Of a DNA stretch of 64,000 nucleotides, positions 33,833 through 43,629 are shown one piece after another. Where the stretch lies: assembly GCA_026996855.1 (NCBI GenBank), contig JALWJZ010000005.1, positions 3,656 through 67,655 on the forward strand, read 5' to 3'. The DNA comes from Anaerolineales bacterium. GTDB lineage: Bacteria; Chloroflexota; Anaerolineae; Anaerolineales; DRMV01. The position numbers were made by a program, and so were the translations under genes. The notes under the pieces are model-generated. The model searched no databases. It was not told the origin of the DNA and saw only the letters and a program-made list of their open reading frames with translations. The first letter of the stretch is position 1; each line of letters starts with the position of its first letter.

Positions 33833-35836
33833 TTATTCCTCCTCTGGGGTCAGGAATTTCTGAAACCATCGCGCAATGTGTCGCAGCCGGGCGATGCGCC
33901 GGTCCGTGCGGCCGACCCGGGAAAGCCCGTGGGGCTCGTCGGGGAAGCGCACGAATTCGGTGGGCACGCCTTTGTACTTCAGCGCAATGAAGGCCTGCTC
34001 GCCCTGCTCGATGGGCGTGCGGTGATCCTGCTCGCTGTGGATGATGAGGGTGGGGGTCTCCGCGTTGCCCAGGTAGGCGATGGGCGAGCGCTCCCAGTAT
34101 TTCTGCAGGTCCTCCCAGGGCGGCCCGGCCTCCAGGGGACGTTGGAAAATCCAGTTGAAGTCGCTGGTGCCCCACATGCTGATGAAGTTGCTCACCACCC
34201 GCTGGGCCACCGCGGCCCGGAAGCGCCGGGTATGCCCGATAATCCACAGGGTCATGTAGCCGCCGTAACTGCCACCGGTCACGCCCATGCGTTCGGGGTC
34301 GATGTAGGGCTGCCCTTCCATATAGTCGGCCCAGGCCATGAGGTCCTCGTAATCGTAGGTGCCCCAGCGGCCCCAGATGGCCCGGGGGTGCTCCTCGCCG
34401 TAGCCCCGGCCACCGCGAGGGTTGCTGAAGTAGACCACGAAGCCCTGCGCGGCCAGGTAGTAGAACTCGTGCATGAAGGCGAAGCCGTACTGGGTCTGGG
34501 GTCCGCCGTGGATTTCCATGATGGAGGGGTACTTTTGGGCAGGGTCGAAGCCGGGAGGCTTCACAATCCAGCCCTGCAAGCGGTAACCGTCCCGGCCGGT
34601 GAACCAGACCTCTTCCACGGTGCCCAGGTCCACCCGGCGGAGCCAGGCGTTGAGGTTGGTGAGCCGGCGGGCGCGGTCGCGCTTCAAGTCCAGCACGTAC
34701 ACCTGGCCGGGGTCGGTGAGGGTGCCGAAGAAGTAGGCCAGGCGGCGGCCTTCCCTATCCAGGTCGAAGAAGCCCACCGCGCCCTTTTCGTCGATGAGGG
34801 TTTCCATCTCGGAACCATCGGGCCGGATGCGCCGCAGTTGCACCTTGCCGTGCAGGGCCACGGGGAAGTAGAGCCACCCCCCATCGGGGCTCCACAGGGG
34901 CCGGGGCGTAGCCCACGCGCCGATGACGTCGTTGATGATGTCCACGGCCGCGTGCAGGTCGTGGTCCTGGGTCAGGTTCCGGGCTTCGCCGCCCTCCCAG
35001 GGCACCACCCACAGGGACTGGTTCCGCCACCATTCCCCTTCGCCGATGCGCCCGTAATAGGCGATGAAGCGGCCATCGGGCGAGACCGCGGGGCTGTGCT
35101 TGGGGCCGTAGGGCGTGGGGATGCGCTCCATCTCCCCGCCCGCCGCGGGGATGCGCCACAGGTCCACCGCGTCGGGCTTTCGGTCGGGGTCTTCGGAGCG
35201 GTTGGAGGCGAACACGATCCATTTGCCATCGGGGGAGAAGGTGGGCGAGGTTTCGTCGTAGGGGCCGTCGGTGAGTTGGGTCATTTTGCCGGTGCGTACG
35301 TCCACCAGGTAGAGGTGCCAGCGGTCCCTGGGCAGGAAGCCGTAGCCGTCCAGTTTGTAGAACATCCGGGCGATGTGGCGCTCCACCAGGCCCCGTTCCC
35401 GCTTCTTGGGGTCCTTTTCCATTTCGACGATTTCGGGGTCCTTTTTGCGGAACTGGAGGAGCAGCCGGGTCCCATCGGGGGACCAGACCATCTCCCCCAC
35501 TTCCCCGCGAAAGTCGGTGAGTTTGCGGGCCTCGCCGCCGTCCAGGTCGATGAGGTAGATTTGGGGTTGTTTTTCGTCATCGCGGTTGGAAAGGAAAGCG
35601 ATGGTGCGCCCGTCGGGGCTCCATCGGGGCATGAAGTCTCGCTGGTCGCCCGTGGTGAAGGGCTTGGGCCGGCCGCCCTGGGTGGGGGCCAGCCACAGGT
35701 TGGTGTACTTCTTCTCGGTCTTGCGGTCCACCCGCTCCACCACATACACCACCCACTGGCCGTCGGGGGAGATGCGCAGGTCTTTGACCAGATGGAAGCG
35801 GTACAGGTCTTCGGCGGTGATGGTACGTTTGGGCAT
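33833..35836 (-). CDS. S9-family serine peptidase (acylaminoacyl-peptidase / prolyl oligopeptidase type) with an N-terminal beta-propeller
   Basis: WSPDG-type propeller repeats and the catalytic GGSYGG, with the Asp/His region near the C-terminus. The start may be 35836 or 35875. Confidence 0.85.
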   Translation of the reverse strand: MPKRTITAEDLYRFHLVKDLRISPDGQWVVYVVERVDRKTEKKYTNLWLAPTQGGRPKPFTTGDQRDFMPRWSPDGRTIAFLSNRDDEKQPQIYLIDLDGGEARKLTDFRGEVGEMVWSPDGTRLLLQFRKKDPEIVEMEKDPKKRERGLVERHIARMFYKLDGYGFLPRDRWHLYLVDVRTGKMTQLTDGPYDETSPTFSPDGKWIVFASNRSEDPDRKPDAVDLWRIPAAGGEMERIPTPYGPKHSPAVSPDGRFIAYYGRIGEGEWWRNQSLWVVPWEGGEARNLTQDHDLHAAVDIINDVIGAWATPRPLWSPDGGWLYFPVALHGKVQLRRIRPDGSEMETLIDEKGAVGFFDLDREGRRLAYFFGTLTDPGQVYVLDLKRDRARRLTNLNAWLRRVDLGTVEEVWFTGRDGYRLQGWIVKPPGFDPAQKYPSIMEIHGGPQTQYGFAFMHEFYYLAAQGFVVYFSNPRGGRGYGEEHPRAIWGRWGTYDYEDLMAWADYMEGQPYIDPERMGVTGGSYGGYMTLWIIGHTRRFRAAVAQRVVSNFISMWGTSDFNWIFQRPLEAGPPWEDLQKYWERSPIAYLGNAETPTLIIHSEQDHRTPIEQGEQAFIALKYKGVPTEFVRFPDEPHGLSRVGRTDRRIARLRHIARWFQKFLTPEEE

Positions 35837-36083
35837 GGGGCTGCTCCTTGTCAATGAATGGATTTGGGATGACATTTGGGAGCGTTCGTACGAGAGACGG
35901 CGCTGTATTCAATGATACCGAAAAACGACAAAGACCGGGGAACCGGAGCATCATTGTCTGGCTACCGGTGGAAAATGGTTGGGAGCCGGAGATCGGATGG
36001 CCTCCCTTATAGCAGGGAAGAGGAACACCAAGGGCGGGACGACATGCCCCGCCCTTGGTGAAAGGCAGAGGTTTCGTTTCGGC

Positions 36084-39000
36084 CTACTCTTGCTGCCACT
36101 GGCATTGGGTCAGGTCGTAACGCCACCGGGTCACGTTGTTGTTCTGGTCATAGCATTCCCAATACCCGGGGCCCAGTTGCTGGTACTTGTAGGTACACGC
36201 GGGCGGCGGGCCGGAGGGGATTTCGCACTTGAGGTCGCATTGCCATTGGCAGACGTTGGGGTCGGTGTTGAAGGTGCAGGTCAGGTTCTTGGTTTCCTGG
36301 ATGCAGGCCCAGGTGTTGCCGCCCAGGTGGATGACCTGTTTGCAGTTATCAGGGCCGTTGGTGTCCACTTCGCACAGATTCCAGCACACCCAGCGGCCGC
36401 ACACGCCGTATTTCTCCTGCTCCTCGGGGGTGAAAACTTTCCAGGTGCACTCATCAAAGGTGCCCCGTTCCGGGCAGGACCATCGTCCGTCGTCCCGTTG
36501 CTGGCAGAAATTCGGGGTACCGGTGAGGGGATCGGTGCCCGCGGTCTGGAGGTCCTGGGGCGGCTGGCAGGCCTCAGGCGGCAGGGGCACCCAGGCACAG
36601 TTCTTGGGGTCCCAGGTGTAGGTTACCGGGCCGCTGGGCGGCGGCACGTGGGTGAACACGGGCGGATTGGGCGGCTCGGTACACACCCAGGTGTTGGGTT
36701 GCTCGCCGGGCTGGCAGTTAGGGCCGGGGCCTTGGGGCGGCGGCTGGCAGGTCAGGTCACGGCAGTCCCACTGGCAGGCCTGGGCATCCCAGGTGCAAAG
36801 TTGGGGCGGCGCCAGGCGGGTGACCTCCAGGTTTCGGCATATCCACGAACCATCCTGCAGTTGAGTGACGAAATCGCACGCGGGACCGTTGGGCGGCATC
36901 GGACACTGCTTCTGAGGCGGACATTTTTCCGGGTCGGAGAGACAGCGCCCTTCCCAACGGCAGGTTTCCGGGTTCCAGACGTTGAGCAGGTAGGTGTCGT
37001 CGGGGTCGTAGGCTTCCAGGCCCTGACCATCCCGGTCCCGATCGATGTAGCACACGCTCTGGTTGGGGTCGTCGGGCACGGGCACCAGGGTGCCGTCGCA
37101 GGCCGGTTCCGAGGTGGGTTTGGGGCGCTTGCGGGGCGGCTCTTTCTCCTGACAGTTGATGTCGCAGCCGTCGAGCACGCAGGCTTCCATACGCGTCGCT
37201 TCTTCCATGCCCCGTGCCGGGTCACCCTGGGCGCAGACCAGGCCGAAGGCCATCAGGCCGCCAAAGGCGGGCCCACCACCCGTCAGGAGGCCTTCCGGTT
37301 CAAAGCCCAACCGCGTCAGGGTGGCCGCTACATTGGACCAGGTCCCCATCAGGGGCACGCATTCCCAGCCTTCGGAAAGCCGTGCCCGCGCGCGGGCAAT
37401 CAGGGGCGCCAGGTCCAGCAGGCAGCTTTCCTTCCAGGTGCAGGCCCCGGCATCCCAGTCGATGCGCGTGGTTCGGGGAGGCTCGGAGGGGTCGAAGAGG
37501 TCGCCCTGGGCACACATCCAAAACGCGCTGCCATCGCCAAACAAATCGCCGGAGCGCAGCAGCAAGCCATCGCTGCACGCGGCCCGCAGGTCATCCAGGG
37601 AAGGCAGACAGGCATCGTCGCAGTCCCATTCACAGGTGAGGTCGTTCCACCGGCATCGAATTTTCACCAAATCCTCGGGCAGGTCAAAGGCGCCGGGTCC
37701 CACTTCGCGCGGCAGAGAAGCAGAGGGACCGGCCTCATCCTCTTCTACATCTTCCAAAATGACGATAGGGGCTTCCGTAGAAGATTCCTCGGAAAGGGGC
37801 ACCAGTTCCACACATCCTGCCAGGTCCCCTTCCGACGTACACAGTTCCACCAGGTCGGGTTCTTCATCGGGACGGGGAAGTTCCAGGATGGGCGCGCACC
37901 ACCATTCGGAGGTTTCTTCGTTCCAGCGGCAGTTGGGCGCGGGCGGCTCACCGGGCGGGCCTTTGGGCGTAAAGGGGCAGGTGCTCTTGTCTGGGGGCGA
38001 GCCTGGAGGCGAGTCGGGCGGGTCCGGGGGATGTTCGCCCTGGGCTAAGCAGATGCCGCAGGTATAGTCTTCTTCGGTGGGGGTGAAACCGAAAGGCACC
38101 CGGCAGGTGTTGTCCATGCGGGCCAGGGCTTTCACCGGGTAGTAAGGATGCTCCGGGTACGGGGAACCGGCTCGGGGGAACAGGAACGCATCGTGGTAAT
38201 CCATGAACGCGGGCCAGGCCACGTAAGCGTCGCTCCACACCCACCAGACGAACTTGGTGGGGTCGGGGAGCAGGCTGCGTTTGAACGCGAACTGGATACG
38301 AGGACGGGCTTCGGCATCGGTCGGGGGCACCCACCGAACCCAGGCCATATCCGGGTCCTGACCCCGGGCTTCGTAGAAAATCAAACGGTCGTATCCGGTG
38401 CGCTGGAAGGGCGCGTCGGACAGGCAGGCCCGGGCCGCGCCCACGTCTTCGTTGGGGTCGTCGTAGACCTGGACGCGAGCGTCGGTCCATTGGGTGTCGG
38501 TCACGGGGCCCTGCACCCACACCAGCAGGTCCCCGCGTCCGTCCCGGTCCAAATCCAGTTCCACGCCGTAGTTGCCCGTAGGCGTTTGGGTTCCGGGATT
38601 CAGACCGTAGACTTCGATGTCCACGTACACCCAGGTTTCGTCCATGCTCAAACGGGCTTCGGTGATGTCCAGGTCGGGGTAGTACTCGTCCTGGGTGTTT
38701 TCCTTGAAGGGGCGCTCGTAGATGTTGCGCTGGTAGGTGTCGCCTCCGCCGGGGTGAACCGGCTGGCCGGGGCGCACCTGGTCGCCGGTGGCCCGGTCCT
38801 GCACCGCGGAAAGGGCCGGTCCCGGTTCAGCCGGTCGCACCACGTGGGACCCTTTGGGTTGGGTCAGCAGGCCCCAGGGAACCACGGGCAGGTTCAGGCC
38901 CACGGGAAAGACCTGTCCCTGGGGTTGCGAAGGGGATGCAGGCTGAACCGCGCCTGCCTGGGCCATGGCGGTTTGGGTCAGACCCAGGGCTGTGCGCGTG

Positions 39001-39119
39001 GCTTGCAAGTTGCCATCCACGGTGGGCGTTGCTCCCCGGGTCAGCCAGCCGCAGGCCAGGGCCAGACCACCCAGGGTGATGACCGAGAGGGCAAGGGAAA
39101 GGATACCTCGTCCACGCAT
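36084..39119 (-). CDS. Large secreted/anchored Cys- and Trp-rich repeat protein of unknown function
   Basis: 1011-aa ORF with RBS gaggagg and a signal/anchor MRGRGILSLALSVITLGGLALAC. The C-terminal ~650 aa carry many C-x-W...C-x-W-x-C units separated by Pro-rich linkers. Confidence 0.7.
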   Translation of the reverse strand: MRGRGILSLALSVITLGGLALACGWLTRGATPTVDGNLQATRTALGLTQTAMAQAGAVQPASPSQPQGQVFPVGLNLPVVPWGLLTQPKGSHVVRPAEPGPALSAVQDRATGDQVRPGQPVHPGGGDTYQRNIYERPFKENTQDEYYPDLDITEARLSMDETWVYVDIEVYGLNPGTQTPTGNYGVELDLDRDGRGDLLVWVQGPVTDTQWTDARVQVYDDPNEDVGAARACLSDAPFQRTGYDRLIFYEARGQDPDMAWVRWVPPTDAEARPRIQFAFKRSLLPDPTKFVWWVWSDAYVAWPAFMDYHDAFLFPRAGSPYPEHPYYPVKALARMDNTCRVPFGFTPTEEDYTCGICLAQGEHPPDPPDSPPGSPPDKSTCPFTPKGPPGEPPAPNCRWNEETSEWWCAPILELPRPDEEPDLVELCTSEGDLAGCVELVPLSEESSTEAPIVILEDVEEDEAGPSASLPREVGPGAFDLPEDLVKIRCRWNDLTCEWDCDDACLPSLDDLRAACSDGLLLRSGDLFGDGSAFWMCAQGDLFDPSEPPRTTRIDWDAGACTWKESCLLDLAPLIARARARLSEGWECVPLMGTWSNVAATLTRLGFEPEGLLTGGGPAFGGLMAFGLVCAQGDPARGMEEATRMEACVLDGCDINCQEKEPPRKRPKPTSEPACDGTLVPVPDDPNQSVCYIDRDRDGQGLEAYDPDDTYLLNVWNPETCRWEGRCLSDPEKCPPQKQCPMPPNGPACDFVTQLQDGSWICRNLEVTRLAPPQLCTWDAQACQWDCRDLTCQPPPQGPGPNCQPGEQPNTWVCTEPPNPPVFTHVPPPSGPVTYTWDPKNCAWVPLPPEACQPPQDLQTAGTDPLTGTPNFCQQRDDGRWSCPERGTFDECTWKVFTPEEQEKYGVCGRWVCWNLCEVDTNGPDNCKQVIHLGGNTWACIQETKNLTCTFNTDPNVCQWQCDLKCEIPSGPPPACTYKYQQLGPGYWECYDQNNNVTRWRYDLTQCQWQQE

Positions 39120-39407
39120 CGTACACCTCCTCTAAAGGGTGATGCCCAGACAACGGGTTAAAAACAAAAACCGCCGCACCAACCGGTTGTCTGCGTGGCG
39201 GTACTTTTGGGCTTCCACGTTGACGGTCGTTCCTGCACCCCTCATCCCGCCCAAAGGCCGTGCGTAATTCCGGTTGGTATACCGCCTTGACGAATGCGGC
39301 GGGAAAGGGGTGTCGCTTACAGGAGCATGGCGGAGAGACCTCCCAAGGGCATGCCTCCTTACGTAGGGTCAAGCATTCTTCGCACGCCTGCACGCCATCT
39401 CGGTCTA

Positions 39408-39552
39408 AGAGGGTGTTTGAGAAGGTGCAAAGCACCTTCTCAAAAAAGAAAGAGTTTTGCAAAATACGTTCGTGGACTGCAGTTTGCGCTTTCGTCTGGT
39501 GGTAACTTCTTGTTGTAACGTAGAGGTTACGAAGGGTTTTCAAACACCCTCT
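39408..39552 (+). mobile_element. MITE-like non-autonomous repeat, copy 2
   Basis: Same TIRs (AGAGGGTGTTTGA / TCAAACACCCTCT) and internal hairpin as 7121-7257. A few substitutions and one small indel. Confidence 0.55.
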
Positions 39553-39761
39553 AAACGTAAATCGGCTCTTTGGTAAACGACGGCGTGTCTGGGACAGCCA
39601 CCAACAATATAGCGAATTGTTTTTATGATGACACAATGATACCACAAAACTTGTGACTTGTATCACATTTTTCGGGATTTTTAAGCGAGGAAACTTCTTG
39701 TGGGCGACTTTGCACTTTTGGCAAGAACATTCTGCCCTGTGCACCCATCCTGCGAAATCAT

Positions 39762-39790
39762 TTGACAACCCCCCGGCTCTTCAGTACAAT
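39762..39790 (+). promoter_or_regulatory. Sigma70 promoter upstream of rplI
   Basis: TTGACA, 17 nt, TACAAT. Confidence 0.6.
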
Positions 39791-39917
39791 GGCGGGCGTG
39801 TTCGACGTGAAAATCGGCCTGCGTGGGGCGAAAACGAGAGGGGTTCGTTTTCGTAAATTTTGTATGGAAGAAAGCCGACCCATAGCCTTTCATTCCACGG
39901 AAACGCGAGGGAGAGCC

Positions 39918-40508
39918 ATGCCAAAAGCCGTTCGCAAAGTTGTCAAGGTGCTGTTGCTTCAGGATGTGTACAAATTGGGCCGTGCCGGCGAGGTCAAAGA
40001 GGTGGCCCGGGGCTATGCCCGGAATTTCTTGATTCCCCAGGGTTTGGCGACGGTGGCCACGCCTCAGGCGTTGCGCATGGCGGAACGCATTCGGGAGCGG
40101 GCCGAGAAGGAGCGGGCCGAAGCCACCGCGCGCTGGCAGAGTGTGGCCGAGCGCATTGCCGAGACCACGCTCTACTTCCCTGTGCGGGCTTCGGAGACGG
40201 GTAAACTCTACGGTTCCGTTTCCCAGCGCATGATTGCCCAGGCCCTTTCCGAAGAGTTGGGCGTGGAAATTTCCCACCGCCAGGTGGATACCGACCCTAT
40301 CCGCTTTTTGGGTGAATACGAGGTGCCCGTGCGCCTGACCATAGATTTGATTCCCAAGGTGAAGGTGGTGGTACACCGCATGGGCGAAGGTCCTGAAGCC
40401 GCCCAGCCTGAAGCCGAGGCGACCCCCGAAGCCCAGGTGGAAAGCGAGGGTCAGGCCGGCGAAGCGGTGGGAGAACCTCAGCCGGAAGGGGAACCGGAAA
40501 GGGCGTGA
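39918..40508 (+). CDS. rplI: 50S ribosomal protein L9 with an acidic, Pro/Glu-rich C-terminal extension
   Basis: VKVLLLQDVYKLGRAGEVKEVARGYARNFLIPQGLA is the L9 N-terminal signature. Confidence 0.9.
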   Translation: MPKAVRKVVKVLLLQDVYKLGRAGEVKEVARGYARNFLIPQGLATVATPQALRMAERIRERAEKERAEATARWQSVAERIAETTLYFPVRASETGKLYGSVSQRMIAQALSEELGVEISHRQVDTDPIRFLGEYEVPVRLTIDLIPKVKVVVHRMGEGPEAAQPEAEATPEAQVESEGQAGEAVGEPQPEGEPERA

Positions 40509-40515
40509 AGGATGC

Positions 40516-40795
40516 GCGTATGCTTTTTCATGGGTAAATCCGTTCCGTTTCGCCGCTGACGATGGGAAGGCGCGGGGCGACCAGAGAAGGTCGCCCCTCA
40601 GATTTGGCCTTGATAAGGCTGGGAAGGCTGGGTTTGTAGCGATACATCGCCTCGTGAGACTGGGTGAAGGCGGTCTTACCGCCGAAACAAGGTTTGTTTT
40701 GATGGGTTATCATCATCTTTTTGTGGTGGGCGAAAGCCCACCACAAAAAGCCAAACTTCAGGGGGCGACCTGAGAAGGTCGCCCCTGTGCGTACA
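40516..40795. repeat. Hairpin-rich non-coding insert flanked by a 10-bp direct repeat (tgaaggatgc)
   Basis: Direct repeats at 40506-40515 and 40796-40805. Hairpins: ggggcgacc-agagaa-ggtcgcccc (40574-40597), a near-identical copy at 40762-40785, and a 15-bp perfect stem with a GAAA loop at 40717-40750. Confidence 0.45.
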
Positions 40796-40801
40796 TGAAG
40801 G

Positions 40802-42055
40802 ATGCCGGATTCGATACGCATCGGACGTGAACTCCGCCGGGCGCGGCGGGCCAGGGGATGGGAGTACGGCGACGTGGCGGCCCGCATTCACATCAAGCCC
40901 GAATACCTGCAGGCTCTGGAAGAGGAGCGCTGGGAAGATTTGCCCTCGCCTGCCCATGTTCGGGGCTTCTTGCGCTTGTACGCCGAGGCGTTGGGATTGG
41001 ACCCAGAGCCGTTGCTGGCCCTGTTAGGTGGTGCCAACGCTTCGGCCGTTTCAAGCCGGGAGGAAGCCAATGAGCGGCCCTCCTATCCCTCGCCCACCCA
41101 TGCGCTGGCTCAGGAGCGCTTGCAAGACCTGGGACGCCGCTTGCGGGAACGGCGGGAGCGGTTGGGCTATTCGCTGGAGCAGGTAGCCGAAACCCTCCAC
41201 ATCGCCGAGAAGTATCTGTCCGCGCTGGAAACCGGCGACCTGGACGCGTTCCCTTCTACCATCCAGGCCCGGGGAATGCTGGCGGCTTATGCGGCACACC
41301 TGCAGATGGACGTGGACGACGTGCTGCTACGCTTCGCCGAAGCGTTGCAGTACCGTGCCGAACGTCCCGCGCGAGCCGTGCATGGCCCCCGACCCTGGCA
41401 GCGCTGGATGACCCTTGTGGGATGGCTCTTTTACGGGTTGGTGGCCTTGGCCTTCGCGGTGCTTTTGGGCTGGGGCGGTTATCTGACCTGGCAAACCGTG
41501 GCCCGCGCTTCTACGGCCACCCCCACGTTGCCTCCGGTAAACACCCGTGAGGCACGTCCGCCTTCGGCCCTCACCGCCCAGGCCCTGGCCACCGCGTTGG
41601 CCGTGGGGACCCAGACGGCCCCGACGCAGCAGACCACGCCGGGGACGCCCGTCGCAGGATCGGTCACCCCTACACCTGCACCGGAGGAGGTGGAGCCGGC
41701 GCCCATTTTCCTCGTGGTGGAGGCCCGGCAGCGCACCTGGGTTCGCGTGTTTGCCGACGGGCAGCCCGTCTTCCAGGGCCGCCTGGCTCCAGGAGAGCGC
41801 AAAACCTTTCGCGCGGAGTCCTTCCTGGAGTTAATTACGGGCAATGCCGGCGCTTTACGGGTGTTCTACAACGAACGCAACCTGGGCTTGTTGGGCGATA
41901 TGGGTCAGGTGGTTCGCCTGCTTTTCACCCCCAACGACATTCTCACCCCCACGCCGCGGCCAAGTCCCACACCGACCGTAACCCCGACTTCCGCGGCCAC
42001 GGCTACGTCCACCGCCACGCCCGCCGTTTCACCGGAACTTTCCCCTACGCCGTGA
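40802..42055 (+). CDS. RodZ-like helix-turn-helix membrane protein (two HTH modules, TM, Pro/Thr linker, C-terminal DUF4115-like domain)
   Basis: Duplicated HTH_25-like segments (IGRELRRARRARGWEYGDVAARIHIKPEYLQALEE, LGRRLRERRERLGYSLEQVAETLHIAEKYLSALE), one TM, and C-terminal WVRVFADGQPVFQGRL. Confidence 0.75.
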   Translation: MPDSIRIGRELRRARRARGWEYGDVAARIHIKPEYLQALEEERWEDLPSPAHVRGFLRLYAEALGLDPEPLLALLGGANASAVSSREEANERPSYPSPTHALAQERLQDLGRRLRERRERLGYSLEQVAETLHIAEKYLSALETGDLDAFPSTIQARGMLAAYAAHLQMDVDDVLLRFAEALQYRAERPARAVHGPRPWQRWMTLVGWLFYGLVALAFAVLLGWGGYLTWQTVARASTATPTLPPVNTREARPPSALTAQALATALAVGTQTAPTQQTTPGTPVAGSVTPTPAPEEVEPAPIFLVVEARQRTWVRVFADGQPVFQGRLAPGERKTFRAESFLELITGNAGALRVFYNERNLGLLGDMGQVVRLLFTPNDILTPTPRPSPTPTVTPTSAATATSTATPAVSPELSPTP

Positions 42056-42081
42056 AGGCCAGGGATGGGCCGCCCGGGAGG

Positions 42082-43545
42082 CTACCCGACCTTTTTTGCT
42101 TCCTCTTGCTTAGGCGGCACCAGGCGTAACCGCACCACCTGATGGGTGGTGGGGCGCACGCGGTATGGATGGGCCAAACGGTATCCCGCGACCCAGACGA
42201 CGTCTTCCGCGTGCACCACCAGGGGCCACCGGGCACGCGCTCGCCGGGGGAGTTTCACGTTAATCATGAAGTCCGAAACTTTCATCGAGTGGCCGCCCAT
42301 CCCCAGAGGGCGGAAGCGGTCGCCCGGACGGCGGGCGCGCACGGCCAGGCCCTGGGGGATGGTGTCCGCGTCCAACCAGGCTTCGTAAGGCGGTGTGCGG
42401 CGCAGGTCGGTTTCCAGCAGAATCGAAGCGGGGAGGGGCATGCTCGCGTCCAGACGCCAGCCATGTTCCAGGTACACCTGGCCGCCCAGGGGCAGGGGGT
42501 AGACCCGGTCCTGGAAGGGGACCTGGGGCCACAGGCTGGTGGGCAGGTCGGCTTCCCAGCGGGCTACCACCAGTCGTTGGGGCGGCTCCCAGGAAAGGTA
42601 CAGGCCGGCGAACCAATCCACCGGGCCGGGTCGGGGGTTTTCCAGCCAGGTGTCGGCCCGTTCCACGTCTTCCAGGGCCACTTCCACCCCGGGACGCAGG
42701 TGGCGAGCAACCCGCCGCCACAAGGCGAAGCGCAACCCCGGGCGCAGGTTTCGGAAAGCCTCCAGGTTCCAGAAGACGAAGGTTTCGTCGGCTTCCAGCA
42801 CCACCTGGAGCCAGGTTTCTTCCTCCAGCGCGGTGAGTACGTCCATGTCCATCTGGACTACGCGCGCCAGTCGGGCCAGGGCTTCCTTGATGCGGGGGTT
42901 GAATTCCTGTTCCAGCAAGGGGAGGAGGGTGTGTCGAATGCGGTTGCGGGTGAAGCGCAGGTCCATGTTGCTGGGATCGATGCGAAAGGCAAGCCGATGG
43001 AAGCGGCAGTACGCCAGAACCTGTTCTCGGGTGACGCCCAGCAGGGGCCGTACCAGGGGGATGTGCGCATCCCAAATCCGGGTTTGGGGCTTCATGCCTT
43101 GAAGTCCCGTCAACCCGCTCCCACGAATCAGGTGCAGGAGGACGGTTTCCGCCTGGTCGTCCAGGGTGTGAGCAACGGCTACGGCCTGGGCCTGGACCTC
43201 TCGGGCCACGCGGAAAAGGAAGCGGTAGCGCACTTCCCGGGCCGCGTGTTCCAGGGAAAGGCCCTGTTCGTCCGCGTACCCACGCACGTCGGCCTGTTCG
43301 ACGGTGAGGGGAAGCCCCCACTCCCGGGCCAGGCGGCGCATCAAGGCCACGTCTTCGTGGCTGTCCAGGCGCAGGCCGTGGTCCAGGTGGGCCAGGTGCA
43401 GGGTGTATCCCAGGGTTTTCAGAACATGAACCAGGGTCACGCTATCCGGCCCGCCGGAAATGCCCACCACCAGGGGACGGGCCGGGTCCAGGGGGCAGCA
43501 GCGTAACATCCAGGTTTGCACCCGCTCGGGCAATTGTGGTGGCAT
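42082..43545 (-). CDS. tilS: tRNA(Ile)-lysidine synthetase
   Basis: PP-loop VGISGGPDS, HLDHGLR, and a C-terminal TilS substrate-binding domain (RPGDRFRPLGMGGHSMKVSDF). Confidence 0.9.
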   Translation of the reverse strand: MPPQLPERVQTWMLRCCPLDPARPLVVGISGGPDSVTLVHVLKTLGYTLHLAHLDHGLRLDSHEDVALMRRLAREWGLPLTVEQADVRGYADEQGLSLEHAAREVRYRFLFRVAREVQAQAVAVAHTLDDQAETVLLHLIRGSGLTGLQGMKPQTRIWDAHIPLVRPLLGVTREQVLAYCRFHRLAFRIDPSNMDLRFTRNRIRHTLLPLLEQEFNPRIKEALARLARVVQMDMDVLTALEEETWLQVVLEADETFVFWNLEAFRNLRPGLRFALWRRVARHLRPGVEVALEDVERADTWLENPRPGPVDWFAGLYLSWEPPQRLVVARWEADLPTSLWPQVPFQDRVYPLPLGGQVYLEHGWRLDASMPLPASILLETDLRRTPPYEAWLDADTIPQGLAVRARRPGDRFRPLGMGGHSMKVSDFMINVKLPRRARARWPLVVHAEDVVWVAGYRLAHPYRVRPTTHQVVRLRLVPPKQEEAKKVG

Positions 43546-43629
43546 GGCAGGCTCCACCGCGAAAGAGGATGTGCCGGTATACGGTCCCTTCGGTACAGGC
43601 AGGATAGCACCCTTGTCGTCGAAACGCAA

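Noticed and set aside
33737-38048. 706-aa and 689-aa plus-strand ORFs antisense to the S9 peptidase and the Cys-rich protein genes
   Set aside because: Both have Gly/Ala/Val/Arg-rich composition and no motifs, and both are completely shadowed by minus-strand genes with clear signatures.
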